DNA of 64,000 nucleotides from Octopus vulgaris (Eukaryota): the NCBI GenBank assembly GCA_951406725.2, contig OX597834.1, positions 4,030,001 to 4,094,000 of the forward strand, in the 5' to 3' direction. The notes under the pieces are model-generated. The model made no database searches, was not told the origin of the DNA, and was given only the letters and a program-made list of their open reading frames with translations. The translations under genes were made by a program, and so were the position numbers. Every line of letters starts with the position of its first letter. The first letter of the stretch is position 1. Of this stretch, positions 25,023-38,255 are shown piece by piece.

Positions 25023-26579
25023 ATAAAATTTTTAAAAAAACCCCGAAAAACATGGTTCCAGGTTCAGTCCCATTGTGTGGCACCTTGGGCAAGTGTCTTC
25101 TACTACAGCCTCAAGCCAATGAAAGTCTTACGAGTTGATTGAGTTGATGGAAGCTGTATGAAGCCATCATGCGTATGTATCACCTGCATCACCTTTATTG
25201 GCAGCCTATTGGATGCTGGTCACTGCTGGTCACAGTGCCCTCCAATTCTTTCTTGCGTCATTCTCTTTCATCTTGACTCAGATCGTATGTGTGTGAGTAG
25301 GTGAGTGTGCTTGTCTCTTTGCCGTGGCATTGCATGACACTTGTCAACATATGTCACTGTCATCTAAGTACTGGCGTTCATTTACGATCATCATCATCAT
25401 CATCATCGTTTAACGTCTGCTTTCCATGCTGGCATGGGTTGGACGATTTTGACTGAGGGCTGGCGAACCAGATGGCTGCACCAGGCTTCAGTCTGATCTG
25501 GCAGAGTTTCTACAGCTGGATGCCCTTCCTAACGCCAACCACTCCGAGAGTGTAGTGGGTGCTTTTGGCCATGGGGGAAAATTACCTTGGATACAAAAGC
25601 TGAGGGCTGACAACAGGAAGGGTATCTGGGTATAGAACATCTGCCTCAATCAACTCTGTGGAATATACACTACACACGAGCCCACACACATACGTGTGTA
25701 TGTGTGTGTGTGTGTGTGTGATCATAGTAATTAGAATTTAACATTCCTTTTTCCAGACTGCCATGGGTTGGATGGTTTGGGAGCTGTGCCAAGTTTTAAT
25801 ATCTGCTTTGTCATGATGTCTACATGAGGATATCCCCCCATCCTAATGCCAGTCACTTCACAAAGTGTACTGGGGGCTTTTGAGATGGCACCAGCATTGG
25901 TGAAATCACCAAGTACATGCAAGACAAGACCTCTCAACTGGGTGGGGTATAGAATTGAGCAAAGATTGAGGAACAGAAGCAGGGGTTTTACTCAAGAGGT
26001 GGAACAGATGGCTTGCCTGTTTGGAAAGAGAGAGGAAAAATGAGATGGGGGACGGCCTAGTGTACAAGGTGAGTTTGAGAGGGAGAATGGGATAGAGGGG
26101 CAGAAAAGGTAGATGCTCAGGTAAGTGAGAATAGTGTGTGACAAATGATTAGAGATGGGGATGAGTTGGATGCAGAGAACATCGGATGCACTGAAGGGTA
26201 CAGAGTGGAAGAAGGCAACAGAGTAACATATATTTCTTTATTGCCCACAAGGGGCTAAACATAGAGGGGACAAACAAGGACAGACAAACGGATTAAGTCG
26301 ATTATATCGACCCCAGTGCGTATCTGGTACTTTATTTATCGACCCCGAAAGGATGAAAGGCAAAGTCGACCTCGGCAGAATTTGAACTCAGAACGTAACA
26401 TAGAAGCATGGGTGTTGGCAGAGGAGTTGTGAGAGAAGACTTATATATGATAATAATAGGTAGCATACGAGTATGTGCACAGGTGTGAGTAAATATATAT
26501 ATATAATAATTATTATTTGAGGGAATAAAATCCAAACTTACAAGGAAAAAGAATTCAATTTGGAAATACTAAATCAAAT

Positions 26580-26670
26580 TACATATATATACACACACAT
26601 ATATATATACACATACATGTACACATGTATACATATATATATACACACATACACACATATATATGTATAT

Positions 26671-26719
<49 letters not shown>

Positions 26720-26772
26720 CATATATATATATATATACATATATATACACACACACACATATATATGTATAT

Positions 26773-26806
<34 letters not shown>

Positions 26807-26925
26807 CATATATATACATACATATATATATATATATTACATATATATACACACACACACATATATATGTATATATACATACATAGATATATTACATATA
26901 TATACATATATATATATATATATAC

Positions 26926-26956
<31 letters not shown>

Positions 26957-26957
26957 C

Positions 26958-27000
<43 letters not shown>

Positions 27001-27033
27001 TATACATATATATATATATATACATATATATAC

Positions 27034-27083
<50 letters not shown>

Positions 27084-28454
27084 TACATATATATACATAT
27101 ATATATATATTACATATATATACATATATATATATATACATATATATACATATATATATATATTACATATATATACATATATATATATATATTACATATA
27201 TATACATATATATATATATATTTATATATTACATATATATACATATATTACATATATAACATATATATACATATATATACATATATACATATATAACATA
27301 TATACATATATATACACATATACATATATATACACATATACATATATATACACATATACACATATATACACATATACACATATATATACATATATAACAT
27401 ATATACATATATAACATATATACATATATATACACATATACACATATACATATATATACATATATACACATATATATACATATATAACATATATACATAT
27501 ATAACATATATACATATATATACACATATACACATATATATATATATACATATATACATATATATACATATATATACATATATATACATATATATATACA
27601 TATATATACATATATATACATATATAACATATATATACATATATAACATATATATACATATATAACATATATATACATATATATACATATATATACATAT
27701 ATAACATATATATACATATATAACATATATATACATATATAACATATATATACATATATAACATATATATACATATATAACATATATATACATATATAAC
27801 ATATATATACATATATAACATATATATACATATATAACATATATATACATATATAACATATATACATATATATACACACATATACACATATATATATATA
27901 TATATACATACACACACACACAAAACGCCGGTGTTGCTCCAGCATAGCTGTAGCTACATGGCTGAAACGAGTAAAAGAAAAGAATAAAGGATTATACATA
28001 GATATACAGATATATATGCTTACATACACACATATTCATACGTAGATATATATATCTTCTTACATACATATATACACATACACATATATATATATATACT
28101 TATACATACACACACACATATATATATATATATGTACATACACATATATATACATACATACATATATATAGACATACATACACATATACATACATACACA
28201 CGTATACATATACATACATATATATACATGCATACATATACATATGTACATATATATTTATATATATACATATATACATGCATACATATACGTATGTATA
28301 TATATACATATATCATACATACATACACGTATGTATATAAATACATATATATATATCATACATACATATTTCATATATACATACACACACACATCCATAT
28401 CTATATACACATACATCCACATATATACATACATATATATTCATGCACACACAC

Positions 28455-28487
<33 letters not shown>

Positions 28488-28490
28488 CAC
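26580..28490. repeat. About 1.9 kb compound (TA/CA) microsatellite-minisatellite array
   Basis: Higher-order units such as acatatatatacatatata and tattacatatatatac, with a SINE tail fragment at about 27925-27990. Confidence 0.95.
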
Positions 28491-29150
28491 TGACCGTCCA
28501 ACCCATGTTAGTATGGAAAGTGCAGCCATAATATAGTGATGATAATGATTAAATATATAATTATATTTATCCCTTGGATGTACTTTCTGGGTGTGTGTGT
28601 GTATGTGCATGCGCCCGTATATGAGTGTATGTGTGTGCTTGCACATGTGTGTGTGTGTGTGTGTGTCCGTCCATGTCCGCGGCTGTCTATCCCTTGTTGC
28701 AGCACGTGAACACTGACACAGACAACCGCATGTAAGTATGTGTTAATTTATCCTAACATAATATACACACAGCCGCACTAATGCCCGTCTATGTGTTCTC
28801 GTGTAAATTTATGCTTGCATGTATGTATGTTTGTGTAGGAAATTTTCAAATGGGGAGACAGACTGCCATCGCTATCAGCAATGACTAATGGTTTGAATCA
28901 TTCACTTCTTTGGTCATTACTAACACTACTACTACTACTACAAGCTGCCTTGGACTACTATGATATGTAATAAAGTGACAACCAAAACTGCTATTGATTC
29001 ATGCAAGAGTAAGGGAAACAGAAATAGCAGCTTATTACACATACATACATGGATAGATTAGAGGTGTATATAGTTTGCAGATCTTGCAAATATACCTGCA
29101 TAGATCTATATTAGGTGTACACAGAATTCTCTCTCCCACCCTCTGTGTGA

Positions 29151-29183
<33 letters not shown>

Positions 29184-30246
29184 GAGGAAGATTTATGTAA
29201 GTTACAGTGATCAATGACTAATTCACTAAAGCCCATACATGAAGGAACACAGACATGTAAAATAGAATTTGTAAGTTGGGAATGATTGATACGTAATTTG
29301 TATTCCCAGGTACTCACGGTTCTAAGCAATTAAGCATTCAGACAAAAGATACCCGCTTAACAGAATATTAAAGAGATAATAATATCAAACAGGTAAAATG
29401 ACAAGGCAAAAAAAAAAGAATATAAAAAATAAAAAAGCTCCCATTTATTTAAAAATTATAGCGATTTACTTTAAATCAGATGGAAACAAAAGTTGATTGT
29501 GGAGGACATTCGGTAGTTACACAGTCAAAGAGGAAGTGATGGGGAGGTGGGGAACCATAGCAACAGCTATAAAGCTTCACTTTGCTGCATTGGCATTCTG
29601 TTATCATTACCGGCATTCCATCACCATTTTGCCAATATCACTACCAAATCATCATCCTCGTCATCATTATCACTCGGAATAACAACATTATCGACATTAT
29701 TATTATTAGCATCTATATAATTGCAACAGATTGCAAATGAACGAGGATAACCGTGTGTGGTACACCTCTGACAATCAAATGATTTATTGTTTACTGCATT
29801 ATTCAGACAAGAAATCTCATTAAGTAAAATAGAGACCCTTCAACGCGAAAAACAGACGCGAGAAGGAAAAATTCTTGTGATAGAGAGAGATTAGTTATTT
29901 AATAGTGAAGTAGATGGATGACAGAGTATAGAAGCAGCTTATGAGCAATCACACAGAATCAGCATTTCTGTTACACAACACATGCATCCACATAAATTAA
30001 TGCAAGTTGAATAGTTTTTCTAAATACAAGTCGAAAGCAGAAGCAATTTTTCTTGTGAAATGAGATAATAATTCTGTGTGCGTATATATGTATGTGTGTG
30101 TGTGTATGGATATATGAATGCACACACATAGATATGCATTAAGGTTCTCACACCTATATAAGCTATAAAATTGAGAGAGAGAGAAACAAGACAACAAATG
30201 CAAAACAAAGTAAAAAAAAAATTGGAATAGTAGTTTAAAAACCTAC

Positions 30247-30316
30247 TTCTCATAGCAGATTTCCAAGACGTCAAGAAGGAGAAACATTTTAGATAACCGC
30301 TTTTCTTAGGTTCCAT
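30247..30316 (-). CDS. MAP7: Putative alternative first coding exon of the MAP7-like gene (MEPKKSGYLKCFSFLTSWKSAMR)
   Basis: ATG at 30316 (acactATGG), 23 codons plus A, then a GTAGGT donor. Phase 1 matches the 14678 exon. There is an in-frame upstream TAG, a polypyrimidine/CAG acceptor at 30351-30352, and a motif cluster about 130-160 bp upstream. Confidence 0.55.
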
Positions 30317-30441
30317 AGTGTTGCACTTTTTAAAGCTGCAGACCAACTACCTGATGGCAGCAGAACAAAAAGAGAAACAAAAAAGTTGGGTACTGCCCAG
30401 CCCGCTGCAGACTACAGCATATCTTAGAGCATGATGTAATA

Positions 30442-30476
30442 GTCACATGACCAGGAAGTTCACTTTCACTTTCACT
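30442..30476. promoter_or_regulatory. Abutting E-box (GTCACATGAC), ETS (CAGGAAGT) and IRF/PRDM1-type (GAAAGTGAAAGTGAA, minus) motifs
   Basis: gtcacatgac-caggaagt-tcactttcactttcact lies in 35 bp, upstream of the putative alternative first exon in a TE-poor stretch. Confidence 0.5.
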
Positions 30477-32365
30477 CTTGTCATGTTCTACACTTTCTTT
30501 CTTCTTCAAGTACATTCATAAACAGTAGCAAAATTTGGCCTCTGAAGAATACTTTTCTTAGACAAATGCAACAGAAACATTACCTGTTTCCAAGGCAAAT
30601 ATACAGTTGCTATTACCAACAGATTTTTACTAATACAATACAGTTACCAACTAATAGGTGTAACAAACACACACATACACACATTTTTTAAGCATGTCTA
30701 TCAATAGGACTGAAATAAATATTAAGAAAGCTTTAACTGTGATAGTAAATTATAAAGAATGTAAACAAATCCCTTCTATGTTTTCTCTCCCTGCTCCTCT
30801 CTCTTTCTTTCACACACACACACACACACATACACACACACATACACACACGGAGACATTACAATATCGGACAACTAGCCATGAGATCACCAGTTTGTGT
30901 CCTTTGACAAATACTGCATTTTGTCAACGTGTCAAACATTACCTTCCTACAGAACCCGCATCAAGTTTTAAGTGAATACTAAAGTTAGTATAATTTACTT
31001 CTATAAAAAACAGTAGCACTGTGGAATTAAGCAAGTGAATTCTTGCTTTGCAGTACAATTCCTCCAGACTAAAAAGTTATCTGCATCAGACAAAGGTGAA
31101 ATTTGTCTTTCATTCGCTTAATGCTACAAAAACCGAAGAGAGAATGTGTGTGTATGTGTGTTGATGCAATATATGAATATATAATAGATATGCATATATT
31201 ATGTCTATATATTAAACACTTTAACTTTTTAAAAAAATAATTTTCTTTTTGTTGCAGTAACAAAATCCACCCCACTATCACTTTCTTAAATTTGCTGTAC
31301 TTGGTAAGTTAGGGTGGCTGGTACTTTTACAATGGTCAGTCAGGACCAAGTTTCTTTACCTAAAATTGTCCTTTTCTTTTATAAAACATACACCAACAAC
31401 AATTCTTTTACAAATAAATGGCAAATAAACAATAATAAATTTAAATACAATCGAAAGATCCTGTTTGATTATAGCTATTAAATTATATGTAAAATTACAT
31501 TTTCAGTCAAATTTCTGCATTATGCCACTGGTCAAAGTTTCTAAGTTCAAAAAAGATAAGATCTGTAGCTGTGACTAAACATTGCAGGTTGAGTGTGAAA
31601 ATGTAGAACTGGAAGATATGAACCCTGCTCTGAGCTACAGTGAAGGCAACCCATCAACAACAACAGTAACTCTACCCAAAGACAATGTAAAGAAGACATT
31701 TAAGGGTTGACAGACAACTCAGCTAGTGCTGGTGGCATGATAAAATAAACCCAGTTTATACAGTAAAGTTTACTGGCGATAGACAAAGGGGTCTAGCCTG
31801 TAAAACAGCCCAAAATATGAAGTCCTGTGACACTTTCTCCCGCGACTACCTGGTGTATTCAGTTACCAGACCAAGTTCCACTGCTCGTCAGGCTGAGAAA
31901 AGCAAACTGTCAAAGCATCAGTCGGTCTCTGATAGGTCTATGGTCAAGCCTGTGGCAATGGAGATGACCAGTGTTCTCAACCCCAGACCATATCCCTGCT
32001 CACCATTATCAGGGCAGAGATGCATATCCACAAGTGTGAGAGCCCTGTGAGTCAGAGTAGCTGTTCCAGCGCATCTCCCTTGCCACCTTTTCCAGTTTGT
32101 CTACTGGGACCACGAGTCAATCTGAATTACAGGAAAGACTATGTTCCACTCCTTCATGTAAAGTTACTCCACATGAATTGCTCTCGCAAGAAATAATTAT
32201 GTGACATGTCTCTCTGACTAAGGAAGATTTGTATCTGTAGAGACAAGTGTAAAAGACATAACTAAGGACTAAGCACTTATAACCACATAGAACTTGCACT
32301 TACCATACTGTTGGTGCATAGAGTAGTAAGGTGGGAATATCTGGCTATGTGCATGAACTATTTAA

Positions 32366-32587
32366 CCCTTTTGTTACCATATTTCTGTTGAGATGCTCTG
32401 TGTTTCTTTCAATTAATTTTAAATATAACAAGGAATTTAGTAAAATAACTTGGTTATCATTCAGCTAGTGTTAGGAACATAAATTGTGGCTAAGGTTTGG
32501 TGGAAGATTTTAATTAAAAACTTATGAAAACAAGACATTTGTACTACAGAGTCGGAGGCGGTTTCAGGCAGGTTGGTAACGAAAGGG
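32366..32587. mobile_element. piggyBac-like (TTAA) MITE
   Basis: TTAA|cccttttgttacca ... tggtaacgaaaggg|TTAA. Confidence 0.88.
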
Positions 32588-32611
32588 TTAAGTGTCATCA
32601 AGTGACTATAC

Positions 32612-32807
32612 CAGTGGTTTTCAACCAGGGTTCCGCGGAACCTTAGAGTTCCGCAAGAAGTTACAAAACTGCTAAAATCGGCAGTAATTTTGAATTCTCC
32701 TGTGCAGATATGTGTGCATAAGACTATTAAATTATTGCAAAAGGGTTCCTCGAGCAAGTGGAATGTTTCCTTGGGGTTCCGCTCCAGCAAAAAGTTTGAA
32801 AACACTG
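32612..32807. mobile_element. hAT-type MITE with perfect 8-bp TSD
   Basis: TIRs cagtggttttcaa / ttgaaaacactg. TSD gactatac at 32604-32611 and 32808-32815. Confidence 0.92.
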
Positions 32808-32899
32808 GACTATACACTCCCACTCAGGTGCAGAGAACAGGACTCAAGCGGCCCCAACCCAACCATCACTAAAAATTCGGGGTTGCAACCATTAATGAA

Positions 32900-34423
32900 A
32901 GATCAGATGAGATTATAGAGATGCTAGAGTGGTGGTGAATAAATGTAGGCTAAATGCAAGAGACAAGATGGAAAGGTGTTTCAGCCGAGGAACACAGGTA
33001 ATAATGCTGGTTCAAATAGAACAGGAAGATTCCTGATGGTGGAGAAAAAGACAAATAATGTAACTGAAGCATCCAGAATATGCAACAGAATGATTGTCTC
33101 TACTTATGCACCACAATCAGGCTTGATGAGTCAAAATACCGTTTTAGTGCAAATCCTAATACAAATCACTTTGATAAGGAATGACAGCAACATTGCAATT
33201 GAGGTTGGTGACGTCATTGGATATATTGCACAGTACCATGATGGCTGCTTTCGAGTACATGGTGGCAATGATTATGGTCATGAGACTGAGGAAGGGTTCA
33301 AGGCTTCTAGAAGTCGTGAGACACAAATGAACTTCACCGGTGAAGAATATATCACTCGAAGACTTGTAATTAGTGACTTCGGAGTAAGAGCTAAACGAAC
33401 TAAGGGATAAAAGTAATTTTGAACAAGGCAAGTGTGGGAACCAGAAAGTTCTTCTGCTACATGTATGTGCAGAACTATTCCAGACGATGTGTATGATGAA
33501 AAGAAGAAATTTGTAACACAGACTACAACTGGGAGTTTTTAGATCACAACCTACCGAAAGTTACAGATGAAGAAGGGTGGGTAGCAAAGAGAAAAGATGG
33601 GCAACAAATGTATACAGCTTCAAGAGAAGCAGAAATTCAGAGGTTTGCCAATGTTCTATGATGAGAAAATCAGAGGTGTACAAATACTGTGTGGAAAAGT
33701 GTGACTGACATGATAATAGTACACCCACCCTCACTAACCATGAGAAGAAAAAGGCTTGGAAATGGTATTATGAGAGACTGCTAAATGCAGAAGATGTAAG
33801 AGAGGAAAAGGAAGAACTACTGAAAGTATACTGAACAGAAGAACCAACGGTCAAAATAGCCATTAACCCTTTCGTTACCAACCCGGCTGAAACCGGCTCT
33901 GATTCTGAGTACAAATATTTTGTTTTCATAAGTTTTGAATTCAAATCTTCCACCAAACCTTAGTCGCAATTTATGTTCCTAACACTAGCTGAATGATAAC
34001 TAAGTTATTTTACTAAATTCTTTGTTATATTTAAAATTAATTGAAAGAAACGCAGAACATCTCAAAATAAGTACAGTAAGGAAAGGGTTAAGGAAATGAA
34101 AATGGGGGATTCAGAAGGGTCATCAAGTACAGTTACTGAAATACTGAAAACATCTGGTAATGTAGGGTTCAAGATAGTTGCTTGCAGGCAAATACAAGAT
34201 GTCGTAACCAATGACTGGTGTAACGGTATAATCGTAAAATGCTACAAGGGTGAAGGAGATGCTTTGGAAAGTCGCAACTACAGAAAGCATCAACTTGATA
34301 GATGAAATTATGAAAGTAAAGGAAAGAGTATTAGCACAAGGGATTAGGAAGATAATCAGCTTAGACGAGAAGCCAGGCTAGAGTAATACTGATGCTCTCT
34401 TCATATTAAGACAACCACAGCAG

Positions 34424-34472
<49 letters not shown>

Positions 34473-34720
34473 ATAGCAAAGAGTAAGCCTCTCTACTTCA
34501 TATTTGTTGATCAGAAGGCCTGTGATAAGGATACCTGATCTGTTATTTGATGATCTTTAAAGAAAATAGGTATAGGTCAAGGGCTCCCAAACGTATAGGT
34601 GAGCTGAAAGATAAACTGGGTGCAAAAGGAATTGGTAGTAGTGATACCAAAGTGAAGACTGCATTGGTATGGACAGGTAATGCATATGGATGATAACACG
34701 TGAGTGAAGAAGTATCCGTA
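32900..34720 (+). mobile_element. Highly decayed RTE LINE (endonuclease to RT), interrupted by a TTAA MITE
   Basis: Remnants STYAPQSG, RRLVISDF, NDWCNGIIVKCYKGEGDALESRNYR and RLHWYG. Confidence 0.8.
33867..34087. mobile_element. piggyBac-like (TTAA) MITE, inverted relative to the 32366 copy
   Basis: TTAA|ccctttcgttacc ... gaaaggg|TTAA. Removing it restores the RTE frame (ATAGCCATTAAGGAAATG, IAIKEM). Related elements lie at about 59828-60285 and 63263-63459. Confidence 0.9.
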
Positions 34721-34989
34721 AACCCAGATGAAAAGAAACAGGTTGTGGCTAATACAGCAGTGTTATGGCTGTGTGTTGTGAAGTTTGATTTTCAACCATA
34801 TACAGGTGGCTTTTATTATAGCATCAGGCCAACCAATGCCTTGTGAGGGAATTTGATAAACTGAAAAACTGAAAAGAGCGCAGTGTGTGTCACTGTCTCT
34901 CTCTCTCTCTCCTTTCTCTTTATGCTCCCAGTCCTGACAGTAACAGTGAAGGTATCATAGCTTCCTAACAAGATCTTAGATCGGTTATA

Positions 34990-36430
34990 ACTTTGATCCT
35001 GAACACAGATAAGACCCGCCTCCTTAGTGATATCAACACCCATATTAGAAGAGATCACAAGACCTGGGATGCAACAGGCAAGATGAACAACAATGGTCTT
35101 CACGGCTTTGAACTCATGAATTTTAACTTGCCATTTGCAACACTGCTTTTTCATCAGAAGGATATCCAAAAGGTTACATGGAAACATCCAAGGTCCAAAC
35201 ACGAGCATATTCTCCATTACATTATCGCCAAGAAACAAGACCTTCTGGGTGTCTACTTTGTCAGTCATGTGAGGCACATAGTGCAGGACAGATATGGGGT
35301 AAATTGAAACTCTGCGTGATGTGTAAAATAAGATCTGCGGGAATAAAAGTTCCTAAATGTATTGATGTGTTGAAATTAAAGGATTTCAATGTGTGTGTGA
35401 GAATCTTTGAAATATTACTGAGAAAGTAGAATTTTACAGAACTTAGCACCAGTTTAACACCAAGGTCTACAGTGTCAGATTTGAGGTTCCTGGTCTCAGA
35501 AACAGAAAGCATGGGGACTGGTTTAAAATTACCTGCAGATTACTAAACTTTTCAAGGATAAAAACATGTTGCACTAAAAATATCTCATTGCATCAGATAA
35601 AAATAACAAAATTCTTACTGCATCTCTCAGGGGAGTAAAATCAGCAAAATGCAACAGATGAAAAACCAATGTTGGTCTGACATTTCCAAAGAAATTCAGA
35701 AAGGTCACAATAATAAAAACTTGAAAACATTATATTACTTAATCAAGCAAATCTTCAGTCCTTAATCTTAATCTGTAGTACCACTCAAGTCTAAGGATGG
35801 TGCCTTTCTTTATAAGGATCATGAGGTTATCATGAAATGTTGGATTGAGCACTTCACAAATCTATTTTATAATCCCTCAGTTGTTGATAAAAATATCATA
35901 AACAATCTGCCTCAAAAAAATTTTTTTAATTAAAAAAAAACAAAAAACAAAGAAATCAATACTGGGAAGGCACCAGATCTTGACAATATTCCCACTGGAA
36001 TCCTCTGCCACGAAAGTGACAGGATTGCTACAGACATCTAACATCAGACATCTAGTCAGGTACTCCTGTCCCTCAGGGCCAGGTTGATGCCATTTTAATT
36101 TCACTGTTCAAAGGAGGGCAATCCAAATTCAGGTGTGAAAATTACAGAAGAATACACCTGCTTGATGCAATTGGTGAGGCTTTTGTAAAACTTTTATTTA
36201 ATTGGCTAACAAAGTAGATATGTCCCTCCATTATCCTGGAAAGTCACTGCAGTTTTAGATCAGGTCAAGGTACAATGGACGTAATTTTTTCTGCTCGTCA
36301 ACCCCAGAAGAAATGCATAGCTCTTTACTGGGTCTCTGTCAATTTAACAAAAGACTTCTACACTATTTATCCTTGGTAAACTTGGATGTCCTCAATTTGT
36401 CAAATTGTTTAAGCATTCCATTGTGATCTG
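34990..36430 (+). mobile_element. Decayed RTE/BovB-like LINE fragment
   Basis: Remnants GKMNNNG, KVTWKHPRSKHEHILHYII, GKAPDLDNIPLE and FRSGQGTMDVIFSARQ. Confidence 0.8.
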
Positions 36431-36789
36431 AAAGCTCATTTTTACAAAGGGCTTGATAAAGGAAATAGGAGAGTCATATTTATCCGTATGAGAAAGAAAG
36501 AAAAGATGTGAGTCCAGTTAGGCATTAACTAAAACTCACTGGGGGCGTTCCGTGTCTCCAAGGATTTGGAGATACGTATTTAGGAGGTGCTCAATGATAT
36601 CCCAGACAACGTCCTTCAGAAGGTTATTCATTCCATCCCTGACCATCTGCGGAAACTGGTTGACACCAACACTGCTTACATTCAAATATAAAGATTTACT
36701 CACATTTTCCCATGTAATAGAGAACATGTAAAAGGGATACAGATTTTACTACCAGTTTTTAATGCCTACTTTCTATTCACCCACCTTCT

Positions 36790-36858
<69 letters not shown>

Positions 36859-36859
<1 letters not shown>

Positions 36860-37675
36860 AGGGTGCAATGAATAAATTGTTTCCATTTTATATTTTTAAT
36901 TTCACGCATGCACACTGTTTTTGATTTTGTTGACTACTTAGCAGTAGGGCATCGTCTGTTAGAAAAACAGTACCATGATGCAATTCACTCTGCCAGAAAT
37001 TTGGAAACGACACGCTGTACTGCTTGACATTCATGCTGAAAGCTCCAATACAAACATTTCAGAGAGTTTGGGTGTCAATCTGAGGAGAGTGCAGAGGATT
37101 CACAAAGATTTGGATGAGTCTAATGGTGATTGCGAAGGTATGGCAGCTTGGAAAACTCACTTTTATTCATATGATAAAAAAAGAACTCCTGAATTTGTTG
37201 GTGAGATCCAGGCCATGATTGACAATGATCCCTCCAAATCAGTCAGGTTCATCACCTGGGACATGGGAGTATCTGAGTTTCTTATCAAGCAGTCAGAGCA
37301 TGAAGACATTCGGTATGCCTCATACAAAGTGAGAAAGGGCCAATTTTTATCCCAAGCCATCAAGGACAAGGGGTAAGACTGTGCTACGAAGCTTTTGAAC
37401 AAACCGAAGCACCCCTTCCAACTAAACATGCTTTGGTTTTTCACTGACAAGAAAAATTTCTGCCAGGATCAGATGATGAACACACAGAACAACCATGTCT
37501 CCAAAACATGTACCAAGAGTGATAAAAATCAAACAGCCAGTCAACAACATGGATGTTGGAGTGATCACTAATGATGGTGATGTTATGCCTCCATTCATCT
37601 TCCCACATGGCCTCAAACGCAACATGGAAGCCTACATCAAGTGCCTCAAGAAGGAAGTGCTGCCCTGTCAGAGGT
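36859..37675 (+). mobile_element. Tc1/mariner transposon 5' part (decayed transposase)
   Basis: TA|cagggtgcaatgaataaattg TIR. HTH region EIWKRHAVLL...KKRTPEF...DNDPSKSVR, then WFFTDKKNF and GDVMPPFIFPHGL. Confidence 0.88.
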
Positions 37676-38255
37676 CCTACATCATTCACAGACTTTTGAA
37701 GACACAATGGGGAAGTCTGCATGACCTATAGAGAAGCTTGCGCCAAACATGGACCACTGGAGGACGATGCTCACTGGGACCAGACCCTGGAGGAAGCAGC
37801 ACTAAGTCAACTGCGCCAGGTATTTTCTATCATGTGGATGACATGTGGCTTGCATGACTTCACAAGCTTTGGGCAATCCACAAAAGCAGCATGGCAGAGG
37901 ACATCTAGAAGGGATTCAAAGTCAAACCTCACTGGAAATTGCCACATTGAGTAACGCCATTCATAATGAGGCATTACTTGACCTGGACACCCGAGTGCAA
38001 GCGATTGGAGGTCAAGGCAATTCCACATTTGGTTATTACATAACTGACTTCACAATTTGGGTAATCATAACTTATCGGGAATTCCTAAAAACAAAATCCT
38101 GTGTAAGACAGTTCAGTATTCTCTGTAAATGCACAAAAACCATTTTAAGGGCTACATACTTTGTACTGTTGTTATTGGATTAGTGAAACAATTATGAGAA
38201 CCAAACCAAAAGGATAAACCCCGCTTTTCCAGGAATTACAGGGTATGTCAGCTAG
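37676..38255 (+). mobile_element. Helitron RepHel fragment with CTAG 3' end
   Basis: TYREACAKHGPLEDDAHWDQTLEEAALSQLRQVF, ending ...cagggtatgtcagCTAG|T. Confidence 0.8.

Noticed and set aside
26560-28536. Long ORFs of YIYI/VCVC composition (also near 22174-22734 and 58070-58500)
   Set aside because: They are translations of TA/CA microsatellites, which lack stop codons.
29290-29360. Strong minus-strand donor CC|GTGAGT at 29317
   Set aside because: The phase-1 frame needed for the 14678 exon contains a TAG. At most it is a non-coding exon, which I cannot support.
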